The notes beneath the pieces are model-generated. The model was not told where the DNA came from and did not search any database. It saw only the letters and a list, made by a program, of their open reading frames with translations. The translations under genes were made by a program, and so were the position numbers. From NCBI GenBank assembly GCA_048937405.1, contig JBHLNF010000005.1, forward strand, positions 160,001-224,000: a stretch of 64,000 nucleotides of DNA, written 5' to 3'. The stretch comes from Promethearchaeota archaeon (GTDB taxonomy: Archaea > Asgardarchaeota > Lokiarchaeia > Sigyniarchaeales > SOKP01). Shown here piece by piece: positions 10,551-20,749 of the stretch. The stretch's first letter is position 1. Every line of letters begins with the position of its first letter.

Positions 10551-11330
10551 ATGGTCAAAAAAGAGGAAATAGTTGGTGGAAGAAATCCATTCGATATGAA
10601 AATTTGGGATAGAATAGAGAAAGTTGTAGAGGAAAAAGGACATTCTCTGAGACAAGTTTTAGAATCATTCCCGATATACGTTCGTCGTGTAAATTTGAGT
10701 AGATTTATTATGTTATATGAACTTTTTAAAAAAATTGTAGAGATCCCCGGAAGTATTGTAGAGTGTGGTGTCTTTAGAGGAAGTAGTTTACTTACTTGGG
10801 CAAAACTTCTTGAAATCTTTTGTCCTGGTGATAGAGAGAGAAGAGTTATCGGTTTTGATAATTTTGCTGGATTTACAGAGTTTGTACAACAAGATGGACC
10901 ATCACTTCCTATAAGATCTAAAGTTGTTGGAGGTTGGAGTGCTGAAGATTATTATGATGAACTTCTTAAACATCTGCAAATTTTTAAGGATGATAGTTTT
11001 TTGTCTAGAGCCCCAAATCGTATAGAATTAGTTGTGGGAAATATTGAAAAAACAGCGCATGAATATTTAAAAAATAATTCAGGTTTAAGAATTTGTCTCC
11101 TTAATATAGATTGCGATATGTATAAACCAACTAAAGCAGCATTAGATGCATTTTATCCATTAGTTATTACAGGTGGAATTATCATTTTAGATGATTATGG
11201 TGTTCCTGAATGGGCTGGGGAAAGTGCTGCTTTCGATGAATATTTTGCAGAAAAAGGGGAAAAAGCTCCAAAATTGAAGACACTTCCTTATTTTTCAGCA
11301 CCTACATCATATTTTATTAAAGGAGAATAA
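10551..11330 (+). CDS. TylF/MycF family sugar O-methyltransferase
   Basis: PGSIVECGVFRG, GFDNFAGF, IDCDMY.PT, GGIIILDDY. Confidence 0.85.
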   Translation: MVKKEEIVGGRNPFDMKIWDRIEKVVEEKGHSLRQVLESFPIYVRRVNLSRFIMLYELFKKIVEIPGSIVECGVFRGSSLLTWAKLLEIFCPGDRERRVIGFDNFAGFTEFVQQDGPSLPIRSKVVGGWSAEDYYDELLKHLQIFKDDSFLSRAPNRIELVVGNIEKTAHEYLKNNSGLRICLLNIDCDMYKPTKAALDAFYPLVITGGIIILDDYGVPEWAGESAAFDEYFAEKGEKAPKLKTLPYFSAPTSYFIKGE

Positions 11331-11382
11331 ATATTATATTTTCAATTAAGGCTATGTTAAAAATTATTCCGGTTTTTTAAAA

Positions 11383-12549
11383 ATGTGCAAAGAAAAAGTG
11401 AATTATACCTTGAAAGGCAAAATTACTTTGATTATACCAACTCATAATAGACATGATCATTTAGACAGAATTTTAAATTACTACAAAACTTTTGATATAA
11501 GAAAATTGATTGCTGATTCTTCAAAAGAAGAATATGGTAATAAAAATAAATATGATATAGAGTATTTTCATTACCCAGACGTCCCTATTTTAGTAAAAAT
11601 TGCTGACATTGTCAAAAAGGTTAAAACGCCATATGTTTTTATGTGTGCTGATGATGATTTTATAGTTCCAGAGAGTATTAAGAAGTGTATAGATTTTTTA
11701 GAAAATCATCCTGATTATTCCTCTGTACAGGGACGCTATATCAAGTTTATCCCTATTGAAGGTGATGTTTTATTTAAACCCACATACTTACATTGTATTA
11801 ACTATCATATTGATGCTGAAGATCCTGTGAGTAGGATGAAGCAACATATGTCTTTATTCATGCATGTAATTTATTCAATCCATAAAACTGAAAGTTTTCA
11901 ACAAGTTTACAGTTTATTAAAGAATTTTTCAATCGAAAAGGTAGGAAGATTAGTTGAAATAGCTGCTTGTCTAATTATAGTTATAAATGGAAAACATAAA
12001 ATGATTCCCGTTTTTTATAGTGGAAGAGAATCAAACCCATATTCTATGGGGGCTACTCATGAAGTATTCGAGAACATAATAAATAATCCTGAATTTTCTA
12101 GTCAGTATCAAGCATTTATTAAATTAATATCAACCCATCTTTCAAAAAGTCAAGGATTTGATATCGATGAAGCAAAAATCTATGTATTAGAGGCAATTGA
12201 TAATTATATAAATAAATTTTTGCCATATTTCAAGAAATTTCAATCAGGCGAATATGAAAAAATAAAAGGAATAAAACTCTATTTACATAGATTAAAAAAG
12301 TTAATTTATCAATCCCTTGAAATATTTTTTCCACACACATTTAAAATACTAAGAAATCGGGAATTTTTTCGAAGATATGCTTATATTTTCCTTAAAAATT
12401 ATAATGAAATATTTAAAATTAGAAGATTCGTTTTGACTTATCCAATTAAAACTCAAGATGCTTTCATAAATCAAAAAATCAATTTTAAGAATTTTATATC
12501 CTTTTCATTTTGGAAAGGTCTTATTAATTCATATTTAATTAATCAATAA
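11383..12549 (+). CDS. GT2-like glycosyltransferase (TIGR00180 family)
   Basis: IIPTHNR, IADSS, TPYVFMCADDDF, FLENHPDY. Confidence 0.8.
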   Translation: MCKEKVNYTLKGKITLIIPTHNRHDHLDRILNYYKTFDIRKLIADSSKEEYGNKNKYDIEYFHYPDVPILVKIADIVKKVKTPYVFMCADDDFIVPESIKKCIDFLENHPDYSSVQGRYIKFIPIEGDVLFKPTYLHCINYHIDAEDPVSRMKQHMSLFMHVIYSIHKTESFQQVYSLLKNFSIEKVGRLVEIAACLIIVINGKHKMIPVFYSGRESNPYSMGATHEVFENIINNPEFSSQYQAFIKLISTHLSKSQGFDIDEAKIYVLEAIDNYINKFLPYFKKFQSGEYEKIKGIKLYLHRLKKLIYQSLEIFFPHTFKILRNREFFRRYAYIFLKNYNEIFKIRRFVLTYPIKTQDAFINQKINFKNFISFSFWKGLINSYLINQ

Positions 12550-12671
12550 ATATTCCATTGAATATGAGGAGATTTGACCTTAGATAAAATTCCCCGTGAA
12601 ATTGCATACAACATTTTAAATACATTGATTAAAGAATTTAACGGTTTTAATATTTAGGATTGCGGTGAAAT

Positions 12672-13598
12672 TTATTTGTTATAAATTAGTTTTACGAATA
12701 AATCTTCGAGTGAATATTCAATTTCTTTTATTTTTGTAATCTTATATTTTCCTAAAATAGATAGTATCTCTTGGTAATAATCTCGATCTTTGATATGGAT
12801 CTCAAGTCCTTTATTATTTCCATTAATTTCTTTAATAAAGGCTTGTTGTTCTAATTCATTTTTTAATTGATCTTTATTTCTATTTATTTCTACTTCTATT
12901 GCTATATCTACTCGTTCAAGTTTCTGAATATCTTCCTTAGTTCCAATTTTAATAAGATTTCCATTATTAATAAAGGCAATTCTATCACACACTTTTTCAA
13001 CTACTTTCATATCATGACTCGTAATAAATATTGTGCTGTCAGAATTTTTTATTCTATCAACTATGAATGATTTGGTTTGTACATCTAGACCCGCTGTTGG
13101 TTCATCTAAGAAAAGAATCTTGCGATCTAATAACATTGTTCTAAGTAAAGCGAGTTTCATCATCATACCGCTTGAAAAATTCTCAACATATTGGTTAATC
13201 CATTTTTTTAAACCAAATTCTTCAGCCATTCTAAATATTTTTTCTTTATAGTTATGGATTTTATATATTCTGCAAAAAAATTTCAAATTATCATAAGCAG
13301 TAATCCTGTAATACAACATCTTGAATCCTAACATCAGTGCTATTTTTTGTTTTGCTAGAATAGGATTTTTAATTATGTCATGTCCATCAATGACAGCATA
13401 ACCCCCTGTAGGTTGTATTAATGTCGTTAGAATTTGAATAAAGGTCGTTTTCCCAGCTCCATTTGGTCCTAATAATCCAAATATCTCTCCTTCTTTTATT
13501 GAAAGATTAACATTATTTAATGCTTCGATATCTTTGTTTTTATCTCTTAATTTATAAATCTTAGTTAAATTGAAAGTTTCGATTATATTTTTTGTCAT
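12672..13598 (-). CDS. ABC transporter ATP-binding protein
   Basis: Walker A GPNGAGKT, signature FSSGM, Walker B LFLDEPT, H-loop SH. Confidence 0.93.
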   Translation of the reverse strand: MTKNIIETFNLTKIYKLRDKNKDIEALNNVNLSIKEGEIFGLLGPNGAGKTTFIQILTTLIQPTGGYAVIDGHDIIKNPILAKQKIALMLGFKMLYYRITAYDNLKFFCRIYKIHNYKEKIFRMAEEFGLKKWINQYVENFSSGMMMKLALLRTMLLDRKILFLDEPTAGLDVQTKSFIVDRIKNSDSTIFITSHDMKVVEKVCDRIAFINNGNLIKIGTKEDIQKLERVDIAIEVEINRNKDQLKNELEQQAFIKEINGNNKGLEIHIKDRDYYQEILSILGKYKITKIKEIEYSLEDLFVKLIYNK

Positions 13599-13603
13599 TT
13601 TGG

Positions 13604-14425
13604 TTAATATCCTACTATACCGTATTTTTTATAAATTAGATTAAATATAAGAACTCCAATACTCGGGAGAATTATAGCACTTATAATCAAGACAATAAAA
13701 TTAGGATAATGAGATGTAAAAGTTATTATAATATCATTTTCAATCCATGTTAATCGCAAAATATCAAAGATATAATATAAAGGATTTAAATTAATTATAT
13801 TTTGAATTAGTCCAGGAAACAGTTCAAATGGATAGGAAATACAACTAAACCAAAAGACAAATGTAAGTAAAAAAGATAATAAAGACCAAAGATTTTCTCT
13901 AGAGATGGCAAATATACCAAATATCAGTCCTATTCCCCCAAATATAAGTACAATGAGGAGATATATAGCAATAACAAGTAAAAAAGTTAAAAAGTTTATT
14001 GGGAAAAAAACATAACTTAAAATTAAAAAAGCTGTAAACGGTATAGCCATCACTATCAAATATGAAAGAGCAATTCCGAATAATAGATTAAATCTATTAA
14101 ATGGGGCAATTATCATTGCGGGAAGTGTTTGCCAGAATTTTTCCTGACGAAATTGAGATGGAAACATGCCGATAATTTTTTGTAATAATAATATAGTATA
14201 TGATATAAAAATAAATATAAGATAATTACTTGAATTCCATGGACCAAATCTTAAATTATTTTCAAATAATTTTCCCAATATAATAATTGGTAAAAATATT
14301 GAAATAATAGGGGTGACGAGAGAAAAAATCAAAGCAAGTTTGAATCTTAATTGCAATTTTATATTTTTATCTACAATTGCATAAATTTGATAAAAATTAT
14401 CTTTAATTGTGCCAAGTTTTTTCAT
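13604..14425 (-). CDS. ABC-2 type exporter permease
   Basis: About 6 hydrophobic segments, YP...P......NPL motif, co-transcribed with the ATPase. Confidence 0.85.
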   Translation of the reverse strand: MKKLGTIKDNFYQIYAIVDKNIKLQLRFKLALIFSLVTPIISIFLPIIILGKLFENNLRFGPWNSSNYLIFIFISYTILLLQKIIGMFPSQFRQEKFWQTLPAMIIAPFNRFNLLFGIALSYLIVMAIPFTAFLILSYVFFPINFLTFLLVIAIYLLIVLIFGGIGLIFGIFAISRENLWSLLSFLLTFVFWFSCISYPFELFPGLIQNIINLNPLYYIFDILRLTWIENDIIITFTSHYPNFIVLIISAIILPSIGVLIFNLIYKKYGIVGY

Positions 14426-15205
14426 TTCTTACCGTTTTTTTGCTTATCTTTAATTCTATTAATATTATATTGTTTCAGTTATTGATATTTCCTTTTTTAG
14501 CACTACGATTAATATTAGTAAATGTGTAAAATCTGTAATCTAATAAAAAATTTCGGTTTTAAGTAGATATAAATTTCAACATGTAGTTGATAGTCTTACA
14601 AAAATATATGTGACTCTTATTAAAATAAATTTTGAAAAGAATTAGTTAAATAATTCAACTTGATTTTAATTTATAATTATATTTTATAGGATGATTTTTC
14701 AGTGATTTATTTAATTTCTCTCGTACTTCTTTTTGAAATGTTATCTCTCAATTATAGTTATAGTTTTAATTTCTAATTCTGTATTCGACTTTTATAACTT
14801 TTAGTATGTCCTAAATAGTAAAAATAAAGAATATTGATTGTATTTATATCTAATGGATTACTTGCTATTACTTCAGATTTAATTTTTAAAAATGTTTCCT
14901 AGCCCATACATTGTTTATTATCTTTAATTTCATCTATAATTAACATCTATTGAATATCTGTTAAGACAAAGAGTGATGGTTCTAAATTCTTCCACTTTTC
15001 ATTACACTAATTTGATAATTTACCCAATCTTCGATTTTGTGGATCTACCAATCTTTCCCACCAACTCAATACAAGCACTGAAATTGATACTGTTTTTATA
15101 ACAATCATAAGATTTGTAACAATGAAAATGTTGAAAAAATCCAAAAAATTATAAATTTTTTATCATGAAATAAATTAAAAAGAGATTTTTTCATTTAGGC
15201 TAAAA

Positions 15206-17497
15206 ATGTCGTATTTTGTAGATGGATACTATACAATTTCTTTTTTTTTCTTTATTTTATATTTTGTTGTTATCTCGATTTTTGGGTATTCGATTTTTTC
15301 GATTTTAAATAAAGAGGGAGTTAAGAAGAATTTTACAATATCCTCTATTTTAAAATACTTTACATTAGGATTAATCACCCATTTGGTTTATTCTATGATT
15401 ATTGTTTCTTTTCAAATTTTTAACTTTTTCTCAGTATATTTACCTTTCATAATATGTGATGTGTGTTTTTTAACATTTTCAGTAAAGAAAAATTTTAAAT
15501 TGAAAATTCAAGATTTTGATTGGCGTAAGGTTTCCTTTTTATTTAAGCGAAATATAACGTCTTTTCTAATATTAATAATAATATTCTTTATGCAATATAC
15601 ATTAATGATGTTTTTTATTTGGAATCGCTTAGCTTTTCCCTCCAGTGATCCTTACGCTTGGTTTAGAAATGTATGGTTTGTTCATAATAACGGGGCAATA
15701 AATTATAATTCTATTGAAGGTTATCCTCCTGGTTATATATTATTTGGTGCAAGTATGATATCTCTGACAAATGATTATTATACAATTTATTTTTTTTGTA
15801 AATATTTACCAATATTTCTATCATCGATAAATTTACTCGTTTTATTCGCAATATCGAAAAATCTTTTTAAAAAAAAAATTTACGTGTTTTTTACTTTATC
15901 GATGTATTTAAGTGTAAATTACTTGTTCTATCGCTATGAAATGTTTATACCATCCACTTTAGCTACTACTTTAGGATTTTTATTTCTATTATTTTTAAGA
16001 GATGGTTCAATTGTGCAAAGGGTATTAAATGATCTAAGTCCAAGTAAAAATTCAGTAAATACTCTAAAAAAAAGTGAATTTTTATTTAGAGGCGCAATAA
16101 TTTCAGGAATTATTATGATACATGCGTTATATGGATTGTTTTATTTATGCTTTTACCTTCTTTATGAATTTTATTTGTTTATTGTATTATTAAAATCTAA
16201 TAGAAAAATCCTAAATTCAAAATCTTTTTTTACAATCAAATTTTTAAAATATTTCTCATCTTTCTTTTTAATTATTGTTTTTATGCTATTACCATGGTAT
16301 ATAGGAACATCAATATATTTGGATTATCCTTTATATCAAGCATTCACCTATTACATATCATCCCTTAATTCGTTTCAATCTCCATCTTTTATTAATAAAT
16401 TGGGAAGATTTTTTTATGAATTAGCAAGCTTTATTTTTGATAATACAGCATATAGAGATCTTGATAACTTTTTTCATAATGACATCATGTATTTTTTTAA
16501 CTTTCAGAATAGTCTTCATTTCTATATTAATACTATTGGAACTGGAATAATACTAATTGTTATCGGGATTTTCCTTCCATTTAAAAAATTCTTTAATTTA
16601 GATGAAAAGCAAAAAAATCTTGTAAGGTTCGTTAAATTTACATTTATTCTTTCGCTTTTATTATATTTAATAAATGACTTAATTAACTTCAAAAAAATAC
16701 CATTTACATCTAGATTAAATTATTTTCTTAGTGTTTATCTTAGGAGGGTATTTGAATTATTTGCTGGATATTGGGTCATATTATTTGTGTTAGCGTTTAA
16801 TTTTATTATTTTATATTTTTCAAGATTATTCCTCAAAACGAAATATATAAGGAAGATCACTAAAAATGATTCAATAGATAAGTTTTTCAGTATATCTTTT
16901 TTAAAAAAAAATTTTAAAAAAGTGAAATTTACCAGCAAAATTTTAAAAAATAATTCCGTTGCTCGTACTTTAAATTTCAAATTAATTAAAAGATCATTAA
17001 ATAGATTAAAATCGATTAAAAAGATTTCTAAAAAGAAATTTATTAGAAAAATTCTTGGAATCCCTGTTATAATCGTTGGAATTTTTATAAGTGGGTTCTA
17101 TTATACGATAAACTATAGAAGAATTTATTATCTAAACCATTTTTCTGATGATTATGCTAAAGCAGTTTTATTTGCTGGTAATTATTTTAATAAAAATCCA
17201 CTCGAAGAAGAGACCACGATTGTTGTTGAATTGGTAGAATCTAAAAAGTTTATCTACAAATTATTAGTATCTGATAATTTGAATAAAAGATATTACACTT
17301 TTTATGATTATAATGAAACTCATTTTCTAAATTATACAGACTATATTGAATTTAAAGAATATATAGAATTGATGAATGCTTCATATGTATTATTAAATGT
17401 TGTATTTACTGACGTGGATTTTCAATCTAATTTATATTCGGATATAAATCTTTTATATAGAAACAGGGGATTTTGGATTTTTGGGGAAATTCTATAA
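15206..17497 (+). CDS. polytopic membrane protein, putative GT-C glycosyltransferase
   Basis: More than 10 TM segments, first-loop SSDPY..., GYPPG, soluble C-terminal domain; glycan-locus context. Confidence 0.55.
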   Translation: MSYFVDGYYTISFFFFILYFVVISIFGYSIFSILNKEGVKKNFTISSILKYFTLGLITHLVYSMIIVSFQIFNFFSVYLPFIICDVCFLTFSVKKNFKLKIQDFDWRKVSFLFKRNITSFLILIIIFFMQYTLMMFFIWNRLAFPSSDPYAWFRNVWFVHNNGAINYNSIEGYPPGYILFGASMISLTNDYYTIYFFCKYLPIFLSSINLLVLFAISKNLFKKKIYVFFTLSMYLSVNYLFYRYEMFIPSTLATTLGFLFLLFLRDGSIVQRVLNDLSPSKNSVNTLKKSEFLFRGAIISGIIMIHALYGLFYLCFYLLYEFYLFIVLLKSNRKILNSKSFFTIKFLKYFSSFFLIIVFMLLPWYIGTSIYLDYPLYQAFTYYISSLNSFQSPSFINKLGRFFYELASFIFDNTAYRDLDNFFHNDIMYFFNFQNSLHFYINTIGTGIILIVIGIFLPFKKFFNLDEKQKNLVRFVKFTFILSLLLYLINDLINFKKIPFTSRLNYFLSVYLRRVFELFAGYWVILFVLAFNFIILYFSRLFLKTKYIRKITKNDSIDKFFSISFLKKNFKKVKFTSKILKNNSVARTLNFKLIKRSLNRLKSIKKISKKKFIRKILGIPVIIVGIFISGFYYTINYRRIYYLNHFSDDYAKAVLFAGNYFNKNPLEEETTIVVELVESKKFIYKLLVSDNLNKRYYTFYDYNETHFLNYTDYIEFKEYIELMNASYVLLNVVFTDVDFQSNLYSDINLLYRNRGFWIFGEIL

Positions 17498-17531
17498 TTA
17501 AAACAGGTAAAAACAGTAAAATTTTAGCTGT

Positions 17532-18386
17532 TTAAGAAAATATTTTCTTATTTTTAATTTTTCTATAAAAGTAATCAATGATTTTCTTAAGAATCAAATT
17601 GTTTATGTCTAATCTAAATTTTTTTAAAATATAATATATAATACATGAAGAGATGGATCTTATAATCTTAATAAGGTTTACATAAGATGTCCCATAAGTT
17701 CTTGGGTCTACTGAGATTGGGATTTCTATAATTCTAAAGTTATGAAATGCTACTTTAAATAATAGTTCAGTTGAAAAACCCATATCTGTATAACGCATTT
17801 TTCTTAAAACAGTTTTAATATCTTTTCTAAAAGCTCTAAAACCACATTGATTATCATAAATTTCTTGAAGAAATAATAATTTTAAAAAAATATGAATAAA
17901 ATAACCCCCCACTTTAGCATAAAGAGGCATTTTATAATTACATTGACCCAAGTATCTTGATCCAACAACCAAATCCGCTTTATCATCAATAATTGGTTTT
18001 ATTAAGTTAGCAATTTCTTCAGGATTATGTTGTCCATCTGAATCTAATGTAATAATTATATCTCCAGTTGCATGTTTCATACCAGTTATTACTGCTGCTC
18101 CATAACCTTGATTTTCTTTATGTTTCACAATTTTTATATCCATATTCTCGATTTCTTTTACTCTTTCTACACTTTTATCAGTTGAACCATCATCAACTAG
18201 AATAACTTCACACTGGTGATGATTAGGTATTCTTTCAATAACATTTTTGATAGTATTTTCTTCATTGAAAAGTGGAATTATGACTGAAATTTTATGTAAT
18301 TCCCTATAATTAACTTTCTTGTCACTATTGTTGAGATTATAATTTTTTAGATTACTCTTTTCTACAGAAATTGGCGTCGTGTTCAT
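17532..18386 (-). CDS. GT2, DPM1-like polyprenol-phosphate glycosyltransferase
   Basis: IIPLFNEE, VDDGSTD, NQGYGAA, LDSDGQH, VVGSR, D.QCGFRA. Confidence 0.88.
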   Translation of the reverse strand: MNTTPISVEKSNLKNYNLNNSDKKVNYRELHKISVIIPLFNEENTIKNVIERIPNHHQCEVILVDDGSTDKSVERVKEIENMDIKIVKHKENQGYGAAVITGMKHATGDIIITLDSDGQHNPEEIANLIKPIIDDKADLVVGSRYLGQCNYKMPLYAKVGGYFIHIFLKLLFLQEIYDNQCGFRAFRKDIKTVLRKMRYTDMGFSTELLFKVAFHNFRIIEIPISVDPRTYGTSYVNLIKIIRSISSCIIYYILKKFRLDINNLILKKIIDYFYRKIKNKKIFS

Positions 18387-18593
18387 TTTTTTAACAACAT
18401 TTAATCATTTTTAAGTAAAGTCAATTATTTGTCTTGTTATTGATATAATTTAATTACAGTTAAATATTAAAATTTTATTATATTTTTAATAAAATTAATT
18501 ATATATTAATTTCTCCATTAGAAAAATCCAATTTAGGTTTGATAAGTATTGCATAAGATGCTAAATGAAGAACGGTTATTTTTAAGATCAAAT

Positions 18594-19451
18594 TCAAAAA
18601 ATCTTAATATCTCTAGCTCTTTTATAAAAAAAATTAATGATTTTCTTAAGAAATGAATTTTTTAAGCTCAATTTTAATTTTTTTAGTAAATAAAATAAAA
18701 TACATGAACTAACTGATATAATAATCTTAATTAGATTTACATAAGAGGTTCCAAATAATCTAGAGTTTACTGAAATAGAAATTTCAATAATTCTGTATTT
18801 ATTATATGCTGCTTTAAACAAGATTTCAGTGGAAAATCCCATACCAAGATGTCGTATATTTTTAATTATTTTATAGGTATCTTTTTTATAAGCTCTAAAT
18901 CCACATTGGCTATCATAAACTTTTTGGAGATATAATATCCATAAAAAGAGATTTATGACATAACTTCCTACACGGCATATAAAGGCATCCTATAATGATA
19001 CGTTCTTAGAAATCTAGAACCAACAACAATATCGGCTTTATTTTCGATAAGATGTTTAATTAAATTAGAAATTTCTTCTGGATTATGTTGTCCATCTGAA
19101 TCTAATGTTATAATTATATTTCCAGTAGCATTTTCAAAACCAGATAAGATTACTGCTCCATAACCTTGGTTTGATTGATGCTTAATTATTTTATTGTCTT
19201 TATCTTTTACCTCTTTAACTTTTTCAATACTTTTATCAGTTGAACCATCATCTACTATAATAATTTCATATTGATAATGATTTGAGATTCTATCTAAAAT
19301 AGTTTTGATAATATTCTGTTCGTTATAAACAGGATTATTATGGAAATTAAAGCCTCCTTTTTTTTATATTCTTTAAAATGATAAAAATAATTATTGAGTT
19401 AAAGTTATGAGTTTTAGAGTAATCATCTAAAAAATTTTGATTCGCTCTCAT
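18594..19451 (-). pseudogene. frameshifted GT2 (DPM1-like) paralog of 17532..18386
   Basis: Reverse strand encodes ISIII/PVYNE..VDDGSTD..NQGYGA..LDSDGQH..VVGSRF..PLYA/VGSY..DSQCGFRA..MGFSTE across frame changes at about 19332 and 18974 (possibly a third near 19398); only the last 82 codons are in the ORF track. Confidence 0.8.
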
Positions 19452-19617
19452 AATTAAAGTTAATATTTATATTACTATAACTAAAATTAATAATCTTATT
19501 GATAAACTTTTCCCAAATTGTTGATCAAATATTTACTCACATGAAATAAAAAATTAATATTCCATTATTTGCGTTTATACAGGCTTAAAAGAGTAATAAA
19601 AAAGGTTAATTTCTTAT

Positions 19618-20454
19618 TTAAGTTTTTAAGAGATTTCCCATTCTTTCTCTAGTATCCTTACTTAATAATCTATGAGTAATCCACGTGATTTTCGGAAAAA
19701 CATAATATTTAATGAAGAATAAAATTATTTTGGTAAAATAATTTTTCAGTTTAATAAATGACTGACCATATTCCCTTTGTTTTACTTTAACTGGAATTTC
19801 TTTAAAGTTATAGTAGGGTATTATTTTAAAAAGCATCTCTTGTGTTAAAGAGTATTCTGATTCAAATCCAATTTTATTTATTAATTTTGAAGATAATGCT
19901 CGGTATCCATTTGTAGGATCTGATATCTTTTTTCGGAGAAGGAGAAAATAAAAAGCAGTCATTAATTTTGAACATAATTTTCTATATATATTCATATTAT
20001 AATAATTCATAAATCGGTTTCCAATAACAAAATCAATGTTATCTTTAAAAATTGGTTCAATAAAGTCGTTTATATATTTTGGATCATGTTGCCCATCACC
20101 ATCCAATAAGACAACTACATCACATTTGACTTCTTTACAGTAATTTAATCCCGTTTTAGTAGCCGCTCCATTACCTCTATTTTTATGATGCCTAATGATG
20201 TTTACATCATATTTACTTGCTATTTGATATGTATTATCATCAGAACCATCATCAATCACTATTATTTCCATTTTATTAGAGATATTTCTGGGTATTTTGT
20301 CTAATGTCTTTCCAATATTCATTTCTTCATTATATGCTGGAATTACCACCCCAATTCTTAAACTCGGGAAACGATAATCTTCATATTGCTCTTTTTTATT
20401 CATTTTAGTAGTAGAATCATAGCTTGGTTTTTGTGATGGTAGTAATGTCTTCAA
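19618..20454 (-). CDS. GT2, DPM1-like glycosyltransferase
   Basis: VIPAYNEE, IDDGSDD, NRGNGAA, LDGDGQH, VIGNRF, DPTNGYRA. Confidence 0.87.
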   Translation of the reverse strand: MKTLLPSQKPSYDSTTKMNKKEQYEDYRFPSLRIGVVIPAYNEEMNIGKTLDKIPRNISNKMEIIVIDDGSDDNTYQIASKYDVNIIRHHKNRGNGAATKTGLNYCKEVKCDVVVLLDGDGQHDPKYINDFIEPIFKDNIDFVIGNRFMNYYNMNIYRKLCSKLMTAFYFLLLRKKISDPTNGYRALSSKLINKIGFESEYSLTQEMLFKIIPYYNFKEIPVKVKQREYGQSFIKLKNYFTKIILFFIKYYVFPKITWITHRLLSKDTRERMGNLLKT

Positions 20455-20749
20455 AATAATATTCCCACTATATAGTAAAATTAATGCATAATTTTGAAAG
20501 GTAATCTAGATGAATACAAACTTAAGATATTTTTTAATAATAATTTTTAATATAAAAAATAAATCAATTTTACAGATTTATAATTTGTCCTATTAACCAT
20601 ATGATTAAGACTGTTAGTCAATAAAAGCTTTCAATTTGGATTTGATTTATTTTTTTACATTTTATCTAAATAATTTTATGTTTTAGTTGGAGATGACTAA
20701 AATTTAATTAATTGATAAAAAAAGTTAATTAATAATTTCACAATAACTT

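Noticed and set aside
9386-11330. Antibiotic (cephamycin/macrolide) biosynthesis suggested by the CmcI and TylF family names
   Set aside because: No PKS/NRPS; both families are common in surface polysaccharide loci
14426-15205. 780-bp gap with short protein-like fragments on the minus strand (e.g. NEKWKNLEPSLFVLTDIQ)
   Set aside because: Many stops and no recognisable family; may be a decayed gene but cannot be supported without a tBLASTx search
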